DNA of 64,000 bases from Rhynchopus sp. YZ270_cl-10 (lineage: Eukaryota). Below the pieces are notes generated by a model. The model was not told the origin of the DNA. It saw nothing but the letters and a program-made list of their open reading frames with translations, and did no database searches. The position numbers were made by a program, and so were the translations under genes. Positions 35,127 to 46,569 of this stretch are shown one piece after another; the first letter of the stretch is position 1; the number at the start of each line of letters is the position of its first letter. The DNA lies in assembly GCA_964035575.1 (NCBI GenBank), contig OZ037838.1, forward strand, positions 992,001 through 1,056,000, read 5' to 3'.

Positions 35127-38100
35127 AGGAACAGTCGCTTTCAAGTTTTTTTTTTGTCACAACGAGCCCGAGGTTTTTATATCCCTCTGCCTCTCTGCCC
35201 CCTTGCCTCCCCTGACGTGATAGAAGTCAAAAAAAAACATTTTTGAATCGGAGGTGAAGTTTTGTTTTTGTGTGGTATTTCCTCTCATTCGGGATAAATG
35301 AAGCTGGGCTGGTCTGGTCCCCCCCCTCACTCCTGACATGTCCTAGAAATCTTTCTCCAACCTGTAGCTGCTAAAAACACCCCCTTTTTTGTTTGCGTGT
35401 GCACAAAAAGTGCATTCATCATTGAATTCTTCTTCTCATGATTTTTTTTCCACCTCCACTTTTCTTTTCTTTTCTTTTTTTGTACAAACTTCAAACTACA
35501 TTTTTTATCTTTGTGTATGGCTACGAACCTCCAATGTGCAGTGGAGGCGCTATCCATTTTTTGTTTCAATAATGGGGGTGGCACGGGGGGCTTGTACGAC
35601 ACCGAAAAAAAACCACAAAAAAATCTGGAGGGAACCATACACAAATATTCACAAATAATCCTGAAGGTTTTCTGTGGGGGCCATACACAATAGGGTGTCA
35701 GCGTGGCATGACAGAAGAATGGACATGAGATGTGGTTTTTTTTTTTTTGACATGTCATCGTTTTCACCATATGGCATATGACGTGTCAATTCTGGCAGGT
35801 CACGCCTCGTATGGGGATTCGCAAAACCTGCAAACCCCCTAAGGCCAATTTCGATAAGGTGCGTCTGTGCACGTCGTTCGCTCCCCAACAATGCCACCGC
35901 TACTATGGTGTGGAGGTAGTGTGTGGAAGCGGCAAGCACCTTCTCTCCCCTTTCCCCCTTTCCCCATTCCCCATTGTTTTGAAAATACAGAGCGAGGTCT
36001 TACGTGACAAAAAAAAAAAAAAAAAAATCTGTTTGTGAAGAGTCCCAAAAAAAAAAGAGGACGGCCGATGCCTCTCTCTACCTTCCGAAGTGCAAAGACT
36101 TCGGTCAATATATTGGATACCGTTTTTGTGGAAGCATTTTTTTGTACAATTTTTTTGCAGGCTGTTTTGTTCGGGGAGGTAGCGTCGCTTTGCTTTTATC
36201 CGATTCTCATGTATTCGTGTTGGCGTTTTGTGCTTTTTTTATTTAAGATGGCCAAGCGGAGAGAGAGAGAGATTACCCCCACTTAGGTTCACCACACCAA
36301 ACCCTTTTTCTCTCTTGGTGTTTCTGGTCACACCAGTCAGGTCCACTTTTTCTTATCTCATCTCAAAATGGATGTGGGAGACTGATTGGGGTCCGCCCGG
36401 GTGCTCCAGGTCATGAAACCAAGAGGGCAGTAGTATTAGGTCAACTTTGTCAGATTAGTGTTAACTGCCGCACATAGTAGTTTTTCACTAATACACGGTG
36501 TTGATGTTACTAAGGTTTTTTGGCGATATATTATGTTACATGACGTGCTCCAGTTATATCATCAAAAACCCTAGTAACATCATCACCGTGTACAATGTCA
36601 AAACCCCCCCACCCCACCCCACCCCCTTGAATAAATGTGACACATCATTGTCGTCGTTCAATTCTCTCTTTTTTTTCTGTCGTTGGCCACCAGGGAAGTT
36701 GTGGCTTCTTTCGGATGGCTGGCGTCGTACAGTGTGCCATCAGCATCAACGACCACCATTTTATTTTATTTTTCTAAGCTTAGCCTGACATGTGGCAAAC
36801 AAGAAAACATTGCAACAAGTTGGCGACTATTAAATATCACCAACATGCACCTTTGTTCATCCAAGATAAAAAAAACAAAAGAAACAAACAGATGTAAGCA
36901 ATCAAGACAGCGCTTCTGCATAACAAATGATAGAGTCGATGTCGATAGCTAACTTTTATATTTTACTTCGTGCCTGATAGACAAGCAATGGCGAGTATGG
37001 GCAGCCAACCCATTCCGACCAAGGGCAAGCTTGGGCGATGAACCCATTAAGACCCACAGGGCGAGCCGGGATATATACCCGAGCCGACCCTGCCCCCAAC
37101 CCCCAACCCCCTGCCGAGCCGAGCCGAGCCGAGCGAGTGTGCCGAGCCGAGCCGAGCAGAAAAGACTTGATCAACCAGAGTTACAAAGTTTCTTCATAAA
37201 AAAAGCTAAAAAAATGGTTGAAGATTAAAATCTACTAACAACCTGCAAACCACCTGTGTCACTATTATGCTGACTATCGACCCACGTGGCGAGTCAGTAG
37301 TGGCGTTATATTTGACCTTTTTTTAACAAAGTACCCTGCTATATGCAGAGTAACTGCCTTGGATGAGGTGAGCTACGATCATCCGAAAATATAAAACAAG
37401 TTTTTTTTGAACATGATCCACTTTTATTTTTGCAATTTTGATTTTTTCATTCTTTTACAATGTAGGTTTCGAAAACTGTCTGGGCCTTGAGCGACAGCGG
37501 AACACTATCTACAAGTCCACAGAGGGTCATGCACTGATGAAGTCCACCTCTGTTTACAACTAATGTATGCGTTTAGGACTGAAACATGGACTTGTGGTAC
37601 AGATGTACCACCCTACAAAAACTTTTGAATATGCATATTTACAAAAAAACAAAAACAAAACAAAAAGGATCCAAAAATACAACAAAAAAGATTGATGAAT
37701 AACCAATGTTCAAAACATTAAGTAATCTAATCAGACTAAGCAGTCCGAGAGGCTTAGAGTCATCTTATAAACTTTTCGTTCTTATGTCTGCTTGAGGCAA
37801 ACAGGAGAGGCGGGGTGAGTTTTTTTTCCCTTTCCATCCCTCGCCCCTTTTATTCAGCCTTCTGCCGCCGTGTGTTTTTTTGTGTGTTTGCCACCAATTT
37901 GTCTCCTTACATCCTTTGAACCGTGTTGCGAAGGACAGTGAGGCTGGATTCAATTTTCTTTTTGCAAAAGTTTGGTTTTTGAAAGAGATGCACCAGAGAC
38001 GCTGTCTCATCTTTCCCCCATGCTGTGGCATAGTAGTGTTCGCTGTGTGAAGGTTTTAATAGGAGTTGGTTTGTTTGTTTTTTTTTGGCTAATTCCTGTC

Positions 38101-38711
38101 GGAATCTGGCCCAAAATATGGATGTGTACGTGTATTCCTAATGCACGCTTTCTTTTTGTGTGCTCTGGAACCCTCTCCTCCCTCCCCCCCCCTGTCGTCC
38201 AAGAACCTGGACTGAGAATTGCGTTGTGCCTCCTGGTATCTATCTTGCTTTTTTTTGCGTGGCCTACAAAGAAAAGAAAGAAAAAAAACTGAGAAAGGGA
38301 AACAGGAGGTGTTATTATATTTTTTCTTAGGAGTTGAAAGTAAAGTACGAAATCTGTGTACAAAACGTCGACAGGGGTGGCCGTCGGTACAATGTATAGA
38401 AAAAAAAAAGATCTTTTTTTTTCCAGTCGGGGGTAGGAACAAAGTGATTGTCAATACAAAAAAGAAAACAAAAGAAAAAGGAACAGAAACCCATGAAAGA
38501 AAACTGTAATGAAAAGAAGGTGTTGTGTTTTTGCTACTTGTTTTGAAAAACGAGTTTATTTTTTTTATGCGTCGTCTTTCTGTTGCGAACAGTGAACAAT
38601 ACAAATAGACCCTCCCCCCTTTTTTTCGACCCCTTCGCATCGTTATCCGCACCACTACCACCGACACAACTTATCGAAAAAAAAAAAATAGAAAAAACAC
38701 TCACTTCAACG

Positions 38712-39804
38712 ATGTTCCGCCGTTCCGTCTGCATGCTGTCTCTTGTGAACACCAAGGTGGTGGGCCGTGTTGGTGTGATCAGCTTGAACCGCCCTGAGGC
38801 ACTCAACGCGCTGAGCACCGCCCTCGTGAAGGACCTTGCCGACCAGGTGGAGGCCTTCGACCAGAGCAGCGACATTGGCTGCATTGTGCTGACTGGCGAG
38901 GGCAAGGCCTTTGCGGCGGGGGCCGATATCAAGGAGATGGCGTCGATGGATTTCCCTACCGTCTACAAGACGAACCTGTTTGGCGACATGGTGAAGGTGC
39001 AGCGTGCCAAGACTCCGATCATCGCAGCAGTGAACGGATTCGCCCTGGGAGGAGGATGCGAGCTGGCCATGCTCTGCGACATCATCTACGCCTCCGAGAA
39101 GGCTAAGTTCGGCCAGCCCGAGATCAAGCTTGGAACCATCCCCGGCATAGGAGGTACCCAGAACCTCACAAAGCTCATCGGGAAGTCGCGTGCCATGGAG
39201 TGGGTGCTCACCGGCAAGGTCTACTCCGCAGCAGATGCAGAGAAGGCAGGGCTCGTTGCGCAGGTGTACGCACCCGAGGACCTCCTCCCCAAGGCCATCG
39301 AGTCTGCCACCACCATCGCAGGCTACTCTGCAGTCACCACCGAGCTCGCGAAGGTTGCTGTGAACCAGGCGCTTGAGACCGGAATCAGGTATGGAGATGG
39401 GGAGTCGAGGAATGATGTGGGCTCATTTACGTGATACCATACAAAACGGATTGAAAAAAAAGACAGAATGCTTGTTTCTTTGAGTACTCAAAGTAACCAC
39501 AACAACCTTCAGTTTAACACATTTTTTTTTCCACCTTTTTGTTTTCCGGTTTTGATCGCACAAAAAGTGAGCGTAGTGGTCGGTAATTTGTTTTGTTTTT
39601 GTCCAGAAACCATTCAATCAAGGCGAGCCTAGAAGGGGGGGGGGTGTATCAAACGTCTGTTCTAAAAAAAAATAATCTCAAATCTACAGCGACGGACTTC
39701 ACTTCGAGAAGCGCCTTTTCCAGTCCACCTTCGGAACTGCCGACAAGATTGAGGGGATGTCCGCCTTTGTCGAGAAGCGTGAGCCCAAGTGGACCCACGC
39801 ATAG
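38712..39804 (+). CDS. ECHS1: Short-chain enoyl-CoA hydratase (crotonase), probably mitochondrial, 2 exons, 263 aa
   Basis: [57 protein letters not shown]. Intron 39389-39689 restores the C-terminus [38 protein letters not shown]. Short Arg/Ser presequence MFRRSV. Confidence 0.95.
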
Positions 39805-39828
39805 ACGTCGTGTCTGTGCCAAGGGAAG

Positions 39829-39866
<38 letters not shown>

Positions 39867-40891
39867 GGGGGAATGACGGAGAAAGGATAGGAGTTCAGAG
39901 ACCGCCTGTTTTATTCTACAGTGATTTCGAGCCAACGTGAGTTTTATTCTTATTGTGGAGGGGGGGGGTGGAAGGAGGCGAGGAGATAGGCGCAGACGAC
40001 GTCTCGTGTATGTTATGCTCTCTTACTACAGCAATATCCATACAAAAATAAACGAGATTTTTTTTTTTTTTTTTTTGAAAAAATAAATTAGCGAGAGAGG
40101 CTTTGGTCGCATCTGAGCCAACCTTTTCCTTTGGTTGCTTTTCTTTCTTTTTTGAGAGGAAAAACCTGAGGGGAGGTTTTTTTTTGGGGGGGGGTGACTC
40201 AGCACGAGAGGCTTAGATTCATCTTATAAACTTTTCTCTTTTTTTTTTGCATCACCAAAAATAGGGGTGAAGTGAAGGCCGTGTGTATTTTTTCTATTTT
40301 CTATATTTTTCTATTTTGTTTACCCTCCTCCCCGGCTACATGCAAGAAGAAACGAATCTTTTATCACTTTCCCTTTCTCCCTCCCCTCCCCCTCTCGCCC
40401 CTTTCTTACCTCCGTAGCCCACCGTAGTAGACTGTAGCAGTTAAACGCAGCATTTCTCAAGCTCTCTTCCTTCTCCGTGTGATATGTGAGTGCATCCCAG
40501 CCTCCATGTTGCCCTTGGTGAATGTTTATCTACAGACGTCTTAGACTCCTTCCCTGCTTTCTCACCCGCCCCTTCATCTGAGCTATCAGGCGCTGCCACT
40601 CCTGCAGCAGATGCGAAACGTTGGCTCGGACACTGCCACTTCGTTCCTGTTTAACCTTCTGCGCTTGTAAGCGCGGGGATACGGGGCGGGAGCTCCCTGG
40701 TGTAGGTGGAGGAGAGATGTGTTCTACAGGCAGTGGTCGTGCGGGAAAACGACTGTTTCTCTCGAAGAAAAAATAGCTATTTTCAAAAGACAGTAGAGAT
40801 TGCACAAACTGTGGCAACACAACCGAGGCAACTACACCACTCCAACAATTTATCGAAAAATATTCACTCAAAAGGAACATCGATACACGAT

Positions 40892-43667
40892 ATGGAAGGG
40901 CCTCCACCGGACCATATCAAGCTTAAAAATGAATTGTTGTACCTTGCTCAGAAGCAGCGTTCGCGTATTGAAAAGCTTCGGCACGACTCTGACGTGCAGG
41001 TCGCACGCTATGCTAATGTGAAGCGGAAGGACTTGGAACAACGACGCGAATCCATCACACGAGACACTCGCGAGCTTCTCCCCACCATCAGCGACATCCG
41101 CCGAGAATGGCAACGCCTTAAAATCGCCGACAACGAACAGGAAGCCATTTACCAGAAGCTGTCCGAGAAGTACCTCGTCAAATCGGCACGGGTCAAGGTC
41201 CTGCAAGACGCTATTGCGGGCGCATACCAGGGCATTGGCGAAGGGAAGCAAAACGTCCACTCCACACGCGAACGCTTGGCAGAGGTCGACCGGGACAAAG
41301 CGGACCTGCGGGCGAAGATCAAACGCGCGATTGAATGCGTCGTGATTGACGAGAACATGCTGCAGACACGTCTGCGTGAGGAGCAGGAGTACAACGTCGA
41401 AATCCGCGACATGCTCAAAGCTGTCGAGTCCGAGGTGGCTGGGTTCGACCGGAGCAATGACACACGGCAATACCTGGAGGAGCAGGTACGGCTGGGCGAG
41501 GACGCGCTAAAGGAGATGAAGCAGCGCACCAACGACCTGCACAACGCCTACACGGAGATCACGAAGCGCCGCCGCGAGATGGCAGATGAGTTCCTCGCCG
41601 CAGCCGGCCGCGCCATGCAAGAGCTGCAGCAGGCGCACACCCTCCTCGCCATCAAAACCCACTGCGCACGCGACCTCCAAACCAAAGTGGACTACCTCAA
41701 GAAGAACGTCCAGCCCGTCACGCAGCAGCAGTCCACACCCGAGGTCTGGCTGTCCAACAAGCTCGAGGTGATGGACACCCTGCTCCAAGACCTCGGGCCA
41801 ATCAAGGAGCAGTACCAAGTCAGGCCAGAGGACAACGCTGCACTCAAAGAAACAACAAACAACTGCAGCAAGGCGCGTGCCGAGCTTACTGCCATCGAAC
41901 AGAAGATGGACGGCCCGAACCAGTACCGCAAGAGCCTGGTCGACGAGATCTCCGACATGCGCTTCCTCATTGACGAAAAGCTCAAGCAGGAGGACGTCCT
42001 GCAGGAGAAGCTGGACCAGCTTTTGGCAAAGCTTGGCGAGGACACAGGGCACGTCAGGGAGATCATGGACAAAGTCGGTATGCCACCCCACTCACACAAC
42101 CCTCTTTTAGCTCTCCTTCAAAACGATTTCGCTGTCCCACGAGACCTCTGAGCAGCTACTACAGGACGCTTCATGCATCTGCTTTCTATTCTCCAACGAA
42201 CAAACTTGATCGTTGTTTTCTTCCCCTTCCACATACGCACACATCACACCACACCACATCACACCCACCCAAAAGGCTTCGACGACTACATCTCTTCCGA
42301 CTCGGAGCTCTCAGATGAGGAAATGCTTGTCCTCGATGAGGAGGGTGCTGCCGACGTCGATGTCATCACAACGACACTCGACTTCCACGCGGACGACCCT
42401 GCAGGTGCAGATGCCGTGCAGCGCTTTGGCCACAGACAGCAAGGCCCGCTACGTGCCTTTGCCGAGGCGCGCGCCGCACAGCTCTCACGGAGGAGACAGC
42501 CAGGTACGCAAAACACACACACCCCCCTAGCACCCTCCCCCGAAATCCCTCAAAAATCAGTGACAACAACCTCTCAGATATTTTGGAGGAATATGACACC
42601 GTGTGGGTTATTCTCCTTCGTTTTGCACACATCCCACCGCCCCCTCATTTCTCCCTTCTTATTTACCACCAGCTTTTCTCTTTACCCTTTAAAAACAACC
42701 TTCAGGAATTGGCGAGCGTCTTCTGCCGAGGAGGAAGGAGGCCACACCAGAGGTGGCGCTCGCAGCATACCAGGAGCAGGCAGTCAACTCTGCTATCGAA
42801 ACCTACTCGAACCGGCGCCACGCAATGCAGATGGGCACACACGATCCCAACATGGAGGTTGTGGAGCCCGACCCGAACCAGAGTGCACGCATCGCAGCAC
42901 TGCAGGCAGAGGTCGAGCTGTGGAAGCAGCAGCAACGTGGTGGGGTCCGCCACCACGACGACCCTGGGCACGCCCTCAGCCCCGTCGGGGCTTCCCCCGG
43001 GGATATGGCCTCAACAAACGCGGCGCTTTCCCTCGGCTCCCGCGAGGAAATCGCTGTGCAATACCTACAGATCATGCTGCAGGGGTTCTCCTGCAGCATG
43101 TTCTTCGGTGGCCCCGAAGGGCCTATGGGGCCTAACCCTCGTCAAATGTTTATGACAAAGGATCTGAAGAGGTTGGCATGGCGCCCGCCGCAGCGTGACG
43201 GAGAAATCTTCGATGACGAATCTGTTGCGATTAACGACATTGTGACTGTAGTGACAGGGCACAGGACAGGGGTCTTCAAGGCACATCGTGAAAGCAGGAC
43301 CGTGCCGCTTCGGCCGCACGCAGCGCTGTCGGTCATCTTGCAGCAAAAGACATCCATCGACATCGAGCTTGACACAGAGGACGAACGGAACTACTGGCAC
43401 CAGATCCTCTCAACGGTCACCTCGGAGCTCAAGGCAGGTGGCATCATCGCTGCGGTGGTTGCGAGCAACAGTATTGTGGTATGGGCAACACCCATCTTCG
43501 AGTCTCTCTTTTTATTGGAAGAGACTTAGTCGTTGGCTAGTAGGTAGTGGTCAAATTTTTTTATAACTTCACTTTTTATACAGGTAAGCGATGAAAGCCA
43601 GCCCGACCAACGTTCCCCAGCAGACGAGCCATACGACCGCTCCCGTATCAAGGCCATGATTCGATAG
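40892..43667 (+). CDS. Long coiled-coil protein with C-terminal PH domain (PLC-type PH-like), 4 exons, ~756 aa
   Basis: Exons 40892-42077, 42276-42503, 42706-43478 and 43584-43667; GT-AG introns keep the frame. PH-like segment RQMFMTKDLKRLAW...INDIVTVVTG..T..F...SIDIELDTEDERNYW. Confidence 0.75.
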
Positions 43668-44540
43668 GACAAAAAAAAAAAAAAACTAGATCCGGGGAAC
43701 AAAAAAGAACGTTTTTTTCCCGTCCACAATTTTCCCCACTCCATGCAACGTTATTTTGCCATAGATCCTAGACTCTTTGCAATCTTTGCTTTTTTCTTGC
43801 AGGGAGGCGCGCGCGAAGCGCGCGGCGACCGCTTTTACTTTGGGGACATTTGTTTTTGTAGGCCGCAGGGTACTTTGTGCTTTCATCCATGATGGCTGGC
43901 ATCGTATGTGGGTCAGTCGGAGGTGCCTGCATCAGCAACTACAGTTTTTTTTGGGGGGTCTTTTGATCCCTCCTGAAACTCCCAAGTCCTAGCGAGAACC
44001 CTGCCAATACAAAAAAGAAGAAAAAATGTAACAAAAAAAAGTATAGTCAGGTGGAGTTCATCCTCGGATGTCTGCACTAATACGACCAAATTTTCAAAAA
44101 AAAAAAGAAGATAAAATAACAAATGGATCGCTTACCTATAGATAGTTCTTGGTGTTTTTGCAACACCATCACCTCACCTCACCCTTCCCCTTCCTCCCCC
44201 CCCTCATTTGAGCATTTTAGAGGGCGATCCCCCCCCAAAAAAAAAGTTAGTTTCTACCCCCCTCTTCTATGCATTTGGCTGTTCATACACTGCTTCCTGA
44301 GCTTTCTAAACACATTTGTCAACAACACAAACACTGCCATTTCATCCACCCCCGCTTTTTTTTTTTCCACTCATCCCGGGATTTCTATTTCAAATCAAAT
44401 GTTCTGTTTCTTTTGAAACGCCCTCTCTCTCTCTCTCTTCCCTCTCCTTCACCCCCACATAGCAACACAACACAACACACACCCATATTCTGCGCAAGAA
44501 TTACCCTCACTTGGCATTCAAACACAACACACACCTTCCC

Positions 44541-45791
44541 ATGGAGGTATTCTATGAGGGCAAAAGCTGTGGACGGACCGGCTGTGTGGAGGTCCCCCTT
44601 GACGCCACCCTTGGCGACTTAACTGCGCTTATCGCGGACGACGCGGGGATGCCTCGGCACGGTGTAGACTACTTCCTGGGCGACACACTTCTCAAGAACA
44701 ACACCACCCTGCTGAAGGACACACGCATCGCACAGCAGGATTGCGTCTACTTCGGTAGGGCACACTACCCTGAGAAGAACACTCCGATTGTGCGGAGCCA
44801 GAAGCAGGCGTGTCTGGATGTCGTGATAAGCCCCGATGGCGCGAAGGTTCTGGTCACGACGTCTGGAGATAAGGCAGTCGTGTACGACATACACACGGAG
44901 GGGATGCTTCGTGAATATGACACAGGATGCTCTGAGTTTAACGGCTTCGTGCTCTCACACTTTGGTGCGGACAATGCCACAGTGTTCTTTATGGACGACT
45001 CTACGATGCAGTTGCATGCTGCCAACTATAAGACAGATGCTACTTCACGGGTCTTTCCTTTGGAGGGCAAGGTGCGTGGGATAGACGATGTGGGGGTTGA
45101 TCAGGTTGCGGTCATTGCTACCGACGAGGAGGCGCTGACCAGCACGCTTGCCATCTGGGACGTCACGACGTTCACTGTGCTGCGTGTCATCACCACCTCC
45201 CCGCTCAATCAGCATGAAGACTTCAGCTTCCTCCGCGTCTCGGTGGCCCCCTCTGCTGAATACTGCATCATGGGTGGGCAGTCGGGATTACGCCGATGCG
45301 ACCTGACGAGCAATGATGTTGTCGTCTTTGGTGAGTTGAGCAACGAAGAGGACAGCGAAGAGGACAGCTCCGAGGTGTGTCCGGTGTATCTCCACGTCAA
45401 GGCGCTTGAGGGGGAACGCTGTTTGACGACCTTGAACGGTATCATACAGCTCTGGGACGTAAAGTCGCGGACAAAGATTCGATCACTAACGGACGGCTTC
45501 AGCACCCCTCACACAGACGACGACACAGTGGACAGCAGTGAGGTGGAGATCCTGTCCTGTTCCGTTGCAGGGGATATGTGTGTCGCCACGCAGCTCGGCA
45601 CGTCCCGTATCATCATATGGGATCTCGAGACAGGGCAGGTCAAGAAAAGGCTTGAGAGCGCAATTTCCGCCTTAGTGGCGGTGTGCGTCGGCCCCTGCGG
45701 CACGTTCTTCATCTCAGGAGGGTCTTCAAGTGAAGAGGAAGACAGCGAAGACATCCCAGACTCATTCTGTGCGTTGGAAATGTGGAGATGA
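44541..45791 (+). CDS. Divergent Ubl + WD40 beta-propeller protein (416 aa)
   Basis: N-terminus MEVFYEGKSCGRTGCVEVPLDATLGDLTALIADDAG...YFLGDTLL...LKDTRI aligns by eye with the family Ubl. WD repeats follow (VISPDG, LAIWDV, IQLWDV, IIIWDLETG, VGPCG). Confidence 0.8.
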   Translation: MEVFYEGKSCGRTGCVEVPLDATLGDLTALIADDAGMPRHGVDYFLGDTLLKNNTTLLKDTRIAQQDCVYFGRAHYPEKNTPIVRSQKQACLDVVISPDGAKVLVTTSGDKAVVYDIHTEGMLREYDTGCSEFNGFVLSHFGADNATVFFMDDSTMQLHAANYKTDATSRVFPLEGKVRGIDDVGVDQVAVIATDEEALTSTLAIWDVTTFTVLRVITTSPLNQHEDFSFLRVSVAPSAEYCIMGGQSGLRRCDLTSNDVVVFGELSNEEDSEEDSSEVCPVYLHVKALEGERCLTTLNGIIQLWDVKSRTKIRSLTDGFSTPHTDDDTVDSSEVEILSCSVAGDMCVATQLGTSRIIIWDLETGQVKKRLESAISALVAVCVGPCGTFFISGGSSSEEEDSEDIPDSFCALEMWR

Positions 45792-45819
45792 GTAGGCCTA
45801 TCCACGGGATTGCTTTCTT

Positions 45820-46404
45820 CAGGGTTGTTTCTAGGGGGGTCGGGGGGGGTCAATTTTACCCCCAGAATCTGGCACGGTGCGCTGGTCAGCCTCACCCCCC
45901 TGTAAAAAATTACATAATTTCCCCCCGAACTACACGTTTTCCACCCACCACCAGTGTTGGCACTGGTAAAGAGCGACAACACCCGCACCGACTACACCAC
46001 GTGGAACGGTGATGGGAGTGTGAAAAAAGATTTGGCGAAAAGAATAAAAGCAGCGTACCGTGCGCCTGCGGCGCAAGCTTACATCACATTTTTCCCATGA
46101 CATAGTTTGGCTGTACAATAGTGCAATTTTAAGCGCAATTTTAGAAATGTTGCGTACCGTGGCTTCGCCAGGAACCATGGCCACCGTTTCTTTACCTGTT
46201 TCATACCCGCACAGAAGCTACATACCACCATGATATTCTGAAGCTTTGGGGTTTTCTTGGTGAGATCGAGGCTTCGTCGAGAAAGCTCGGAATTCACCCA
46301 AAAACCCTTGAAAGACCATTTTTTCCCGGCGGAAAAAAATTTTTTTTTGGGAAAAAAATTGACCCCCCCCGAGAAAAAAAAACGAGATCCTAGAAACAAC
46401 CCTG
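45820..46404. mobile_element. Non-autonomous hAT-type element (MITE), 585 bp
   Basis: 16-bp perfect TIRs cagggttgtttctagg / cctagaaacaaccctg; exact 8-bp TSD GCTTTCTT at 45812-45819 and 46405-46412. Confidence 0.9.
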
Positions 46405-46467
46405 GCTTTCTTTATAAAAAAAAAAAAAAACACTCGAATGCATAAACAAATAAAAGCGACTTTCCAG

Positions 46468-46569
46468 AGTTGAGGACGACCTCCGTCTATATCTTTTAAG
46501 TACAATAGCCTTCGGGCGACATTGAGTACAGATCCTGCACCAGCAGGTGATTGTCGACACAACAAAAAA
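46468..46569 (+). repeat. ~100-bp dispersed element (also ~51038-51140; partial ~18205-18270)
   Basis: gttgagga.g.cctccgtc.ata...taagtacaa.agcctt.ggg.gacattg.gtacagatcct...aggtgattgtcga.acaacaaaaaa, co-oriented with an A-rich end. Confidence 0.7.
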
